From positions 3,259,754 to 3,323,753 of the forward strand of contig NC_068983.1 in NCBI RefSeq assembly GCF_001194135.2: a stretch of 64,000 nucleotides of DNA, given 5' to 3'. How positions within the stretch are numbered: position 1 is the first letter of the stretch; each line of letters begins with the position of its first letter. The translations under genes were made by a program, and so were the position numbers. Of the stretch, positions 1 to 10,665 are shown one piece after another. Source of the DNA: Octopus bimaculoides (taxonomy: Eukaryota). Below the pieces are notes generated by a model. That model made no database searches. It was given only the letters and a program-made list of their open reading frames with translations, and was not told the origin of the DNA.

Positions 1-114
1 AAAGATAAATGTCCGCTGGTATGTATGCGTGTGTGCGTATGGTCATCTCTCTATATGTGAGTGTGTATGCCTGTGCGTTCTTACACACGCAATGATATAT
101 ATGTAACTTTGATA

Positions 115-2505
115 GGTTTCGGCCAGTATAGGCCCCGGCCATGTCTAACATAACAGCACCACGTGGTGAAGTCATTCAGTCATATATGGGACACCATGGC
201 ACACTCTAGCAAAGAGTTATTATTGTTGGAGACATATCCGGGTGGAGGAGGTTGGTCCGGGATTTATTGTAGAAATTTGTCTAGAGAACATTTTAATTTT
301 ATGGGATCCGTTTCCGTTTTGACGTATTTTGGTATGGTATTAAAAACAGCTGGACCGGTTGAGGTAAAGTAGCTATGTCGTAATGTTGCTACGTGTCCTG
401 AGTTCGATTTTTGTAGTGGGCGGGTAGAACAGGGGCCAAGTCTTGGATGGATTTTAAAATTGATGCCAACATCATTTGTGCAATATTGATGGAATATTTT
501 GCACATCACACAAATGATGTAACGCTCCCGGCGGCGTTGGAGATAGTAGAAATTGAGTTTTTTAGTTGACCCCAATAGTCAATGCCTCTCATGCTGCCTA
601 TCTTTCTTGTTATTGACCTCTGGAGTGCTTCCACTTTCATAACGAGTTGCTTCGTATGGGGAGACCACAGTGGGCAACAATATTCAAGGTGGGGTCGGGC
701 AAAAGTAGAGTAGAGAAGGATGATGGTGTAGGCATCTCTAGACCGGAAAGTTCTCAGAATTCAGGAGCACATCTTGCGAGCCAAGTCAACCTTACTATTT
801 ACGTGGGAACTCCAGCTTAGATTGCTATCAACAATTACTGCAAAGTCTTTGGTGTTGCTGTATGACCCTAGGGAGTCGCCCGAGAGAAGAGCTTATGGTA
901 ATTTCAGAGTATACTCTTTTCTAAAGTGGATCAAATCAAACTAATCTTCATTTAGAAGCATATTGTTTTTTTCCGTCCATTGGATAACAGCAAACAGATC
1001 CGAAGGCATGTTCGATCTCCCATACTGTTTATGGCTTTCTGGAGTCTTGCATCATCAGCAAAGATTTTCAATGTAGAATGTTTGATGACGTCCACCATAT
1101 CATTGATGTAGATAATGAAGAGGAGTGTAGGCAACACAGTACCTTGTGGGACACCACTATGACTTTGGCTGAGCTTGATCGTATTCCCTCAAACACATGT
1201 TTTTTGTTCGTCAGGAAACACTTTATCCACTGCAGCAGCTTTCCACGGACCCCAATGCTGGACAGTTTCTTCAGCAGGATTTTGTGGTCCACTCTGTCAA
1301 ATACCTTGCTGAAATCAAGGTATATGATGGTCAGTGTTGGAGTCCTCTCCCAACGCGTTTAAGATGTCATCAAAATGGTGTAGCAGCTGCGTCAGGCAGT
1401 CCCTGCCATCATGGAAACCATGCTGGTTGTTGTGTCTCAGGAAGTGAGTTATTCGCGATCTCACCACCCTCTCAAATACTTTAATGAAATGAGAAGTGAG
1501 CAAAATCGGACGGTAGTTAATTGCAAGAAATTTGTTTCCCTTTTTGAAAACTGGAACGACAGACTGGGAAAGAAAATGATCAGGAATGTTACCTGCATCA
1601 AGTGAGTTTCTCCAGAGCTCTGCTAGAGGGGGTGCAATTTGACAGTGCCCGGGAACTAATCTTGACCTACTGCCGAGTTGTGCTTGATCGTATTTATTTC
1701 TGTTAGGATATCAGAAGCACCAAAAGTTATGTTAGATATGGTTAGCTGAGGGTTTACATCACTGATACTAGCCAGGTCAACCGCATTAGTGTTACTGAAA
1801 ACAGAGCATATGGATTTGCATCATCATGTAGAGTGTTGTTCCCATCAACCAGAAGACCAACAGTGGAAACAGCGTCTGTATGTGTTTTTGAAAATGAAAA
1901 GAACATTTTGGGATTGAGTTTTATTTTCTCAATGGCCCAACTCTCCTCAGCTGCTCTTTGACTGTTAATGATGGTCATCAAGCTTTTTTGGAGGTCGTAT
2001 TTTTCGATTCGAGTGATGCAATGGCAGTCGAATGGGTGCACTGCTGCTGGCAGTATTTAAGTTGGTGATTTTCTTGTTAATCCTTTTTATNNNNNNNNNN
2101 NNNNNNNNNNNNNNNNNNNNNNNNNNNNNNNNNNNNNNNNNNNNNNNNNNNNNNNNNNNNNNNNNNNNNNNNNNNNNNNNNNNNNNNNNNNNNNNNNNNN
2201 NNNNNNNNNNNNNNNNNNNNNNNNNNNNNNNNNNNNNNNNNNNNNNNNNNNNNNNNNNNNNNNNNNNNNNNNNNNNNNNNNNNNNNNNNNNNNNNNNNNN
2301 NNNNNNNNNNNNNNNNNNNNNNNNNNNNNNNNNNNNNNNNNNNNNNNNNNNNNNNNNNNNNNNNNNNNNNNNNNNNNNNNNNNNNNNNNNNNNNNNNNNN
2401 NNNNNNNNTGGAGAGATGTCATTGGATGTTATCTTTGGGTGGTAGAAACTTAGATCGCAGAAAAGCATGTCATGGTCTGAGAGTAGTGGTGTTTCTTCCA
2501 CTGCA
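115..2505 (-). mobile_element. 5'-truncated, frameshifted CR1-clade non-LTR retrotransposon (end of APE endonuclease + RT + C-terminus)
   Basis: Minus-strand peptides across frames: LSDHDML (APE SDH motif), IKLNPKMFFSF, LTSHFIKVFER..NQHGF..CLTQLL, LLKKLSSIGVRGKLLQWIKCFL, LLFIIYIND..KIFADDA (RT YADD-like), LQRRRERYII..KI and KCSLDKFLQ. Stops, frameshifts and an N-gap at 2091-2408. Confidence 0.9.
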
Positions 2506-2521
2506 ATAAATAAATAAATAA

Positions 2522-2553
<32 letters not shown>

Positions 2554-2631
2554 GCTTTCGGTGCGAATGGTTTTTTTTATACGGCGCTGTATTTTACAAT
2601 CCTGCAAATAGTAATACTGGTATTTTTATAC

Positions 2632-2839
2632 AAGCTTCTGGCGATCGCCGTGCAATGGCTAAGGAAAATAGCCTAATAAAGGGGCATAGAAGCCCTCGAC
2701 AGAAAAAAGAAGGTAGCACACTCAGTCGCGTTAACAAAGGGATGTGGGTTTGTGTCCCGCGCGGATAGGAAAGCCTTCTTTTTTCCCCCATTATTAGACT
2801 ATTTTCCTTAGTCAATTGCACGCTGATCACCGTAAGCTT
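2632..2839. mobile_element. MITE-like element with ~48-bp imperfect TIRs
   Basis: AAGCTT..GTGCAATGGCTAAGGAAAATAGCCTAATAA (2632-2679) matches the reverse complement of TTATTAGACTATTTTCCTTAGTCAATTGCAC..AAGCTT (2791-2839). No clear TSD. Confidence 0.65.
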
Positions 2840-2876
2840 TAAGCATATATAAAAATAGAATATGTATGCATACATA

Positions 2877-2923
<47 letters not shown>

Positions 2924-3005
2924 TAGAGGAAAAATCAAAACCAAGGCAGGATGAGTATCTCAAGTCATTTAGAATAGTTTAATTAGGGTAAGGTGAATTT
3001 GGGTT

Positions 3006-3066
3006 AGTGTCTTCTACTATAGCCTCGTGAGTGGATTCAGTAGACGGAAACTGAAAGAAACCCGTC

Positions 3067-3104
<38 letters not shown>
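3006..3104 (+). mobile_element. SINE family A fragment, running into (TG)n and a gap
   Basis: GTGTCTTCTACTATAGCCTC..AGACGGAAACTGAAAGAAACCCGTC matches the full copies at 25308 and 61267. Confidence 0.8.
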
Positions 3105-3719
3105 NNNNNNNNNNNNNNNNNNNNNNNNNNNNNNNNNNNNNNNNNNNNNNNNNNNNNNNNNNNNNNNNNNNNNNNNNNNNNNNNNNNNNNNNNNNNNNNN
3201 NNNNNNNNNNNNNNNNNNNNNNNNNNNNNNNNNNNNNNNNNNNNNNNNNNNNNNNNNNNNNNNNNNNNNNNNNNNNNNNNNNNNNNNNNNNNNNNNNNNN
3301 NNNNNNNNNNNNNNNNNNNNNNNNNNNNNNNNNNNNNNNNNNNNNNNNNNNNNNNNNNNNNNNNNNNNNNNNNNNNNNNNNNNNNNNNNNNNNNNNNNNN
3401 NNNNNNNNNNNNNNNNNNNNNNNNNNNNNNNNNNNNNNNNNNNNNNNNNNNNNNNNNNNNNNNNNNNNNNNNNNNNNNNNNNNNNNNNNNNNNNNNNNNN
3501 NNNNNNNNGCCGCAGTCAACTGACTGAAATAAAAGAATATATATATATATAAATGTACCTAAATAGGTATATTTTTTATATGCAAGCCACTGATAAAATT
3601 TATTTTTTAAATTTTCCTTAATTATATATATAATTCTGGGTCTACGTGTGTATATTTAAGTTTGTGTTAATGTTTACGAAGACAAAATATAATGGGTAAA
3701 AGTGTATATATATATTTCC

Positions 3720-4250
3720 AGTTACTCAGTGTCAATGTGTGAATGAGTGTGTGTGTGTGTGAATACGTGCGTGTGTATGTATATGCATGTGTTTAAATAT
3801 TGTATGTACGGAGCTGATATTAAAATTGTGAACGTCCACTGTTACCGTGTGTGTATGTATATAAAGGTGTGCTTGTATCTACGCATGTGTATAAATATGT
3901 GTACTGGTATGTATGTGTGTCTGAGAGCATGAATATAAAACTGCGCTTTGCACGTACGCCCGTATGTATAGATCCGTGTATCTGTGTGTCTATTTATCTG
4001 TGTGCATATAGCTATCATCGTACGCTTTCGTAAGTGTGTGTGTGCGTGTGTGTGTACGTCTGGCTATAAATATATACTTGTAAGTGCGTCTGTCAGTGTG
4101 TGTATGTGCGCAAATATAAATATACGCTTGTCTGTACGGCTGTGTATATATAAGTGCCCACACGTGTGTGTATGTGTGTCAATATAAATGTGTGCTTGTA
4201 TGAACGTATGTATGTGTGTTAATATCCGTCTGTGTAAACGAGGCTGAACC
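3720..4250. repeat. degenerate (TG/TA)n alternating purine-pyrimidine tract
   Basis: About 500 bp of imperfect GTGT/ATAT repeats. The overlapping ORFs (MCVCV...) are low-complexity artefacts. Confidence 0.8.
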
Positions 4251-4264
4251 ATCTATTAGTACCA

Positions 4265-4400
4265 CATGTGAAGCCAGTCCTCTCCACCGCCGCCGCTTGT
4301 GCTGGGCTGGAGTAAAAGAAGCACAACGGTTTGTCGTCGTCGTCATTCAGTAAGTTCGGCGGATTAGCTCTGTCACACACCGGCCCCCGACTAAGCAGTG
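4265..4400 (+). promoter_or_regulatory. CpG-enriched unique segment; possible promoter or non-coding first exon
   Basis: Locally CpG/GC-rich (CCGCCGCCGC, GTCGTCGTCGTC), with TCATTCA followed by a GTAAGT donor consensus at 4350-4355, about 1 kb upstream of the putative signal-peptide exon. Inference only. Confidence 0.25.
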
Positions 4401-5296
4401 AAAAAACACCTCCTTCCTTTTACATATTTACTAAGTACGACTTCACTATCAAACCACATCGTAGTCGATCTTACCAGTGCAATATTTATAATATTTATAC
4501 ACACACACACACACACACACACACAGAGGACGTTTGGCATTCGAACTGAACACACAAACTTTTTTTTTGCACCGCCTTCGAAGTTTGATGGGACAAACGG
4601 TGATAAACAAAAGGTGAAGAGAAAGTTTTTTTAATAAACTTTCTTTACCTCGGAAAAAAAGAGGAGATAAAAACAAAATAGGAAATGTCTTTAATATTAG
4701 GTATTTAAATAAAGAGACATATATTTACAGTTCACTCACGTGTCCACATTGGACGAGTGTAGAGACTGGTTTTGTCTTATCAGTGGTGGAGGAGTACAGC
4801 CATCGTTGTTATCATCGGAGTATTGTAGTTAATCTTCTTTTTTTTACCTTCAAACAAACAAAAGAAGAAAAGAACAGGAGACCGAAGAGGTTTTTGTTTT
4901 GTTTTTAAGTTTACCCTGTCCCCACCTTCGCCAGAGAAAAGAAACAAAAGAAAGACAGAAAGAAAGTAGTGAATGCCTTGGAGAAAGAAGGAGAGGTAGC
5001 AGAGGTGAGAGAAAGAGGGGGAGAAGAAACTTTTAATGAAGCAGAGAGAGAGAAAAAGAGAGAGACAGTAAGAGTGTGGCAGAAGGAAAACCGTGCGTGT
5101 GTGTTCTGTTCTCTCTGTGTGTGGAGAGAGAGAGTGTACTGTGAGCTATCAGCCGTGTGCTCTACTGCTTGTGTGTGTATATATATATATATATATATAC
5201 ATCTTTTATATGTGTGTGTATTTGTGTAATTGTATCTGTAAGTTTGTGTATGTGTGAGCCCGGTTGTGCCGTATGTCGTGAGCTGGGCTGCTCTGG

Positions 5297-5454
5297 ATGC
5301 GCAAACAAGGCGGCGGACTGGCGTTTACCTGCCGTCAATATACACTCACCAAAATGGTTCTACTATGGTCGATAATTTACCTTTTCCTCGGAGTACATTC
5401 ACAACAAGTTCAACGTTCGACGCAAACACAGGATACACATTTGGCGGTCGGCAT
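5297..5454 (+). CDS. putative first coding exon of a secreted or membrane protein (signal peptide); product unknown
   Basis: ATG 5297 reads in frame to ATG 5354 (AAAATGG, strong Kozak): MRKQGGGLAFTCRQYTLTK-MVLLWSIIYLFLGVHS-QQVQRSTQTQDTHLAVG+AT, followed by a consensus donor GTAAGT at 5455-5460 (phase 2). Hydrophobic core with a small-residue cleavage site (VHS/QQ). Unique, non-repeat sequence. An alternative frame from a downstream ATG (MVDNLPFP...GGRH, phase 0) cannot be excluded. Confidence 0.5.
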
Positions 5455-6945
5455 GTAAGTCTTCTTTTCCTTGTTCATTTCGTTTATAAAAACTTTATTT
5501 TTTATTTAAATATCTGCATATGTACAGGGCTACGGTAAAAAAAAAAAAAAAACTTCCACCTTCACCATTCGTTGTAATACTTTGTATAACAAATACACTC
5601 TGTGCACGAGTCCAGACAATAATGGTAACTGAAAAAAAACCCAGTAAAATATCGGTTATGTGTGCATACCATTATCACCTGCCGAACCTTAATAGTACCA
5701 TCACAATGGCTATGTAAAATCTGGAAGCTTTTTCTGCCGCATTACATATATATATATATATATATATGTATATACACATATTGTGTGTGTGTTTATACCT
5801 GACCATGTTTATTTTACAGGACCACTTCTGTATTTTCTATTACACACACACACACAAATGCTCGCTCCCTCCACCCACCCTCTGCATAAGCTGATGTTTC
5901 GGCCAGTATTGGCCTAGACTTGACTTAATAGCACATACATGTGTGTTCGTGCTTGCTTGCATATATATGCACACTTCTAGACACACACACACACACACAC
6001 ACACATGCAATTAATATATTAATGACTGCATACATCTCAACACTCTCTTTCTCTCTACACACCCATTCATACATACATACATATATATATATTTATTTAT
6101 ATATTGTAGGCTGCGAGGTGGTCACAATGCTTGCTTTATATTATGTATTGTAGCGATAAACTATTACGCCGTCGTCGTCTTACGATTATTTTTGATAAAC
6201 TTTGAATTTCTTGCCGGGAATCTTTATGTAAATGTCAACACTTGTTGATGGAACACAGAACCAGGAACTGTTGGAATTGTTTACATCAAACTTCCATAGA
6301 GCAGCAGCACCACCACACCATCTCACCACACACACACACACTCGAACATGTGTACATATTTATAAAACAGTAGCCACTGGGTCTTTGTTTCCTTTCTCCA
6401 ACTTCGAGGGACATTTCTCTTGAGTATTTTTACGTGTAATGACATCGAGTAGATCAACACTTCGACTATGCACGTTTGGTGCTTATCTCTGTTCACTGAA
6501 TTATTTTCACATTCCTTCATAGTTTTCGGAATGTATTGAAATTTTTTTTTCTTGCATATTCGTAATCTCCGATATCTAAAACGTAGGAACACGAAAATTT
6601 TTTTTTTTTTTAAATGCGTGTTTTAAGGAGAGGTGCAAAACTGCATTAGCCCCACATTTAGCAATATTCGTTCAGTTTATATATTATTGTTGCATGCGTG
6701 TATATATTTAAAGCTATGGTAAATGCTATGCGAGGGGATGTGGGAAGGAAATTGTGCTTATGTATTCGGTGAACTGGTTCGCTTTACATTCTCACAGCCG
6801 CAGATTCGATCACACGAACCGACATCACGTTGGTCAACTGCGCCAGTCCTACATAGCTTCGGGTGGAGCAAAACTCTTCTGAGTGGACATAGGTTGAGGG
6901 CAGTCTATGTAGTAGTTTGTCAAGGTGGACTGCTACCCGTATCAA

Positions 6946-7390
6946 AACACGTTAGCACGCCGGGCGAAATGCTTAGCGATATTTCGTCTGTCTATGTTCT
7001 GAGTTCAAATTCTGCCGAGGTCGAATTTGCCTTTCATCCTTTCGGAGTCGATAAATGGTAATTTTTCAGATTAACACCCACACGATCTTCACTAGGGTTA
7101 GGTTTTAGGGTAAGGGTTAGGGTTTTATGGTTAGTTTTAGGGTTAGCGTTTGGGTTAGGGTTACGGTTAGGGACGGAATTCCCTAACCCAAACCCTAAAA
7201 CCCTAACCCTAACTCTAACCCTAAAACCCTGACCCTAACCGTAACCCTAACACCTTAGTGAAAATCGTGCGGGTATTAATCTGAAAATTTACCCGATAAA
7301 TTAAGTACCGGTTGCGTACTGGGATCGATCTAATCGACGAGCCCTCTCCCCAAAGATTTCGGGTCGTGTACCTAGAGTAGAAAATAATTA
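6946..7390 (+). mobile_element. SINE family B (tRNA head + Nin/Deu-like central domain), interrupted by a MITE
   Basis: GTTAGCACGCCGGGCGAAATGCTTAGC..GAGTTCAAATTC (B box)..GCCTTTCATCCTTTCGGAGTCGATAAAT[insert]TAAGTACC..; uninterrupted copy at 50148-50365. Confidence 0.85.
7057..7293. mobile_element. 237-bp palindromic MITE with internal telomere-like repeats; Merlin-like termini
   Basis: TIR GGTAA(T/A)TTTTCAGATTAA..; exact 8-bp TSD CGATAAAT at 7049-7056 and 7294-7301; degenerate (TTAGGG)n then GGAATTCC (7175-7182) then (CCCTAA)n. Confidence 0.85.
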
Positions 7391-8073
7391 CCAGCCCCAG
7401 TCAAATGCCGACTTTACGGCAATATAGGATACCCTTCCACGAGCAGGGCAATACACTGGAGCCCCTACGTTCCCAACCACATCACACATACATTAGTATT
7501 TTGCCCCTAGTCCTTTGGGGTCTCGGCCCGTGCTCAGGTTATATGTCCAGGTCTTCAGACGGCACAACTCACCGTGTCAGGCTGATTCAGGCTGAGCTTT
7601 AAAAGTTGAAGCAATCATTAATCAAGGGTTTTCCGGGTGTGACCATCCACCCTTTATTTGTCATTTATTGGTCTGTATCTAGAATGCATTGTCTGATGTA
7701 GCCTTCATTATTATATATCATTAGAATATGCACGATTTGAGTGACCGGGTAGTGTGTCCTCGTTAGAAACACATTGCCTGCGGAATACTCAACCACTCAC
7801 ATTCATACAACACAATGTTGTATTCCATCCTAACTTGCAGTCTACCTGCAATTCCGTGCCCCGCTTAGAGAACCACAGGTATACATCATGTTGAAACCAG
7901 CACGACACAGCGTGTGACCAGACCCACTCACCCCTCCCTAACTTCTCGCTCTGTCAGACTGGTTCAAGTTTACCTCATAACTTCCAACCAGGGTCCATGC
8001 TACCCTTGGCGGGTGAGTCCATTGTTATTGAAGTTCATAAACATTAGATTGCTTATATTTCTTCTTCTCTCTT

Positions 8074-8311
8074 GCGCCTTTTAAAGCCTAGCCAGGCTCA
8101 TGGGCCCGGTTTCCCGGTTTCAACGGCGTATGTGTTCCCCACCTGGACGGGACGCCAGTCCACCGCAGCGTGACTCATTTTTGCCAGCTGAGTGGACTGG
8201 AGCAACGTGAAATGAAGTGTTTTGCTCAAGAACATAACGTGTCGCCCGGTCCAGGAATTGAAACCACAATCTTATGATCATGGTGCTGACACCCTAACCA
8301 CTAAGGCACGC
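8074..8311 (-). mobile_element. SINE family C (tRNA head + TTGCTCCAGTCCACTCAGCTG domain)
   Basis: Reverse complement of the copy at 36974-37200. Confidence 0.85.
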
Positions 8312-8609
8312 TAACGGGTTACAGATTCTTTATTCGGTGGGGTTTGGGAATAGCTGTCCCTCCAAATCTCATGGGAAAAGAAAGGGATGGTTTTATTGTT
8401 TTGTTTTTAATTTACTTCTTTAGTTTTCCTGTTTCATTCAACAGAAATTACAAGTCTGAAAAAATACTTTTTCACAAAATTTTACTTTTCTTTTATTTTA
8501 TTCTATTTCCTTCCACTTCCGTATTCTTTCCGTTCGCACGATGTATGGGACCTCGAAGGACAACTATTCCCGTCTAATTTTCTTTGAAATACTCAGTTAC
8601 TTAGTGAAA

Positions 8610-8832
8610 GCGAAGTGGCCAAGTAGTTAGCGTGTTCTACTCGTGATCGCCAGATCGTGGGTTCAATTCCCAGGCCGAGCGGTACGTTGTATTCCTGAGC
8701 AAAACACTATTTCACCTTGTTCCAGTCCATTCAGCTGTAAATAAGCACCCCTGCTATGGACTGGCGTCCTATCCAGGGGGACTGTTATGATCTCGGTTAC
8801 CTATACGCCACGGAAACAGGATAACAGGTCTG
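8610..8832 (+). mobile_element. SINE family C-related copy
   Basis: GTGGCCAAGTAGTTAG (A box), GGGTTCAATTCC (B box), CTGAGCAAAACACT..TTGTTCCAGTCCATTCAGCTG. Confidence 0.8.
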
Positions 8833-9309
8833 ATGGCTCAGGGCTATAATTCGGTTGTATACAATGTTATGGATGGATGGCTATCGGAGACGGCGTCTTC
8901 CCAAGGAAGGCCGTCTCAAATAACTGACATGAAGTCACAAGCACGTCCCAGTTTCGCACTCACACACGTGTCCTCTCTCTGCTTTTTTTACCGCTACTAC
9001 GTTGGGCGCTACTCGTCCGAAACTGCACGTTCTCTTATCTTCACCACTCACGCATTCGCCCGTTTCTATTCCCGTCACCCATATTGCGTTCACCACCACC
9101 CCACCATCCGACAGATACCTACTCACCACTACATCCAGTCCATCTTCCCCAGAACCTCCACCTAATGGAATTCCATCCCTACGTCCGTTTTCCAAAACGC
9201 ACGGTGTTCCCATTGGTCTTTCCTAGTGATTACGATAAAGGCTACTTGTAAACTCCACACACTCTGTTTCAAGGAAGAGACATGTATTGATTGAACATAT
9301 GCGATATTC

Positions 9310-9437
9310 TTTCCCAGCCTCATGGTTCCGGGTTCATCCCCACTGCATGGCAGCTTGGGCAAGTGCCTTCTTCTATAGCCTCGGGCCGACCAGAGCCTTG
9401 TGAATGAATTTGGTAGACGGAAACTGAAAGAAGTCTG

Positions 9438-9482
<45 letters not shown>

Positions 9483-9685
9483 GTATCTCCCACCGCTTGA
9501 CAACCGGTGCCGGTGTGTTTACATTCCCGTAACTTAGTGGTTCGGCAAAATTGACCGTTAGACGATAGAATAAGTACCAGGCATTAACAAATTAGTAAGT
9601 AATGGGGTCGATTCAATCGACTGAAAATTCTTCAAGGCAGTGCCCCAGCATGGCCGCAGTCCAATGACTGAAAGAAGATAAGATA
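9310..9685 (+). mobile_element. SINE family A (tRNA head, CTTGGGCAAGT CORE-like motif, central microsatellite, 3' tail)
   Basis: CATGGTTCCGGGTTCA..TTGGGCAAGTG..(TA)n..CGCTTGACAACC..CCAGCATGGCCGCAGTC. Confidence 0.9.
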
Positions 9686-9846
9686 TAATTAAATGTGCCA
9701 TGAGTAATTTGGAAGATTATGTAAAATAACTGCTTGTACTACGATTCGAACCTATGTCGACAAATAGGTGATACATTAGAAGGATGAATAACAGGCATTG
9801 AAGTGTTCAAAGTGAATTATGGCCGACCCTGGATGGCTGCCTTCTC

Positions 9847-10115
9847 TTGTCAATTCTATCTGTGGTAGGAACTTCGGTGGAGGCGAAGAATACGTGCACC
9901 ACCCGTTTTCGGCGTAACAAAAACCCTAACCCTAAACACCGGGTGTATGTATTCTTTTCTTTCGTCTGCACTTCCTCCCTCTATCACTGTCTCTCACTCT
10001 GTATTTACAAGAGGATTCACAGCGACTTCGAATATTCAATCTACTCTCCTTCGTCGGACAGTCCGAAGAAGTATGCTGGAACTTCGAAGTTACTGTTACT
10101 CCCTCTTCTTGTTAA
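9847..10115 (+). mobile_element. Penelope-like pseudo-LTR-type fragment ending in a hammerhead-like motif
   Basis: AACCCTAACCCTAA, a pyrimidine-rich run, a hammerhead-like motif at 10058-10096, then TTCTTGTTAAAG, which is shared with 16214-16225. Confidence 0.45.
10058..10096 (+). ncRNA. variant minimal hammerhead-ribozyme-like motif
   Basis: Stem I ACAGT/ACTGT; core CCGAAGA (canonical CUGANGA); stem II AG-TATG-CT; GGAA (canonical GAAA); palindromic stem III ACTTCGAAGT; GUU triplet. Confidence 0.5.
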
Positions 10116-10209
10116 AGTTTAATAAATGTATTCTCAACAAAATGTATTGAGTTGTTCAGTTTAATATTAGAATATTTTTAATATAACTCCGCATAAAAAT
10201 ACAAACATA

Positions 10210-10665
10210 GGCGCAGGAGTGGTTGTGTGCTAAGAAGATTGCTTCCTAATCACATGGTTCCGGGTTCAGTCCCACTGCGTGGCACCTTGGGCGAGTGTCT
10301 TGTACTATAGCCTCGGGCCGACCAAAACCTTGTGAGTGGATTTGGTAGACAGAAACTGAAAGAAGCCCGTCATGTGTGTATATATATATATATATATGTA
10401 TGTATGTGTGTGTGTGTGTGTGTTTGTTGTCTGTCTGTCCCCCACCATCACTTGATAACCAATGTTGGTGTATTTACGTCCCCGTCACTATCGCTTGACA
10501 ACCGATGTTGGTGTGTTTACACTTCCGTAACTTAGCAGTTCGGCAAACGTAACCGATAGACTAAGTACAAGGCTTACAAAGGATTAGTTCTTTGATCGAT
10601 TTATTCGACTAAAGGTGGTGCTCCAGCATGACCGCAGTCAAGTGACTGAAACAAGTAAGAGTAAG
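10210..10665 (+). mobile_element. SINE family A, full length with an internal ~45-bp tandem duplication
   Basis: GGCGCAGGAGTGG start; CTTGA(T/C)AACC..TTGGTGT(A/G)TTTAC occurs twice at 10450-10530. Confidence 0.9.

Noticed and set aside
7090-7255. Ancestral telomere-telomere fusion site
   Set aside because: Bounded by non-telomeric TIRs and an exact 8-bp TSD inside a SINE, so it is an insertion.
7405-7530. LPLVLWGL, reminiscent of a Gypsy integrase C-terminal motif
   Set aside because: A single short motif, with no DDE residues, LTRs or other pol domains found.
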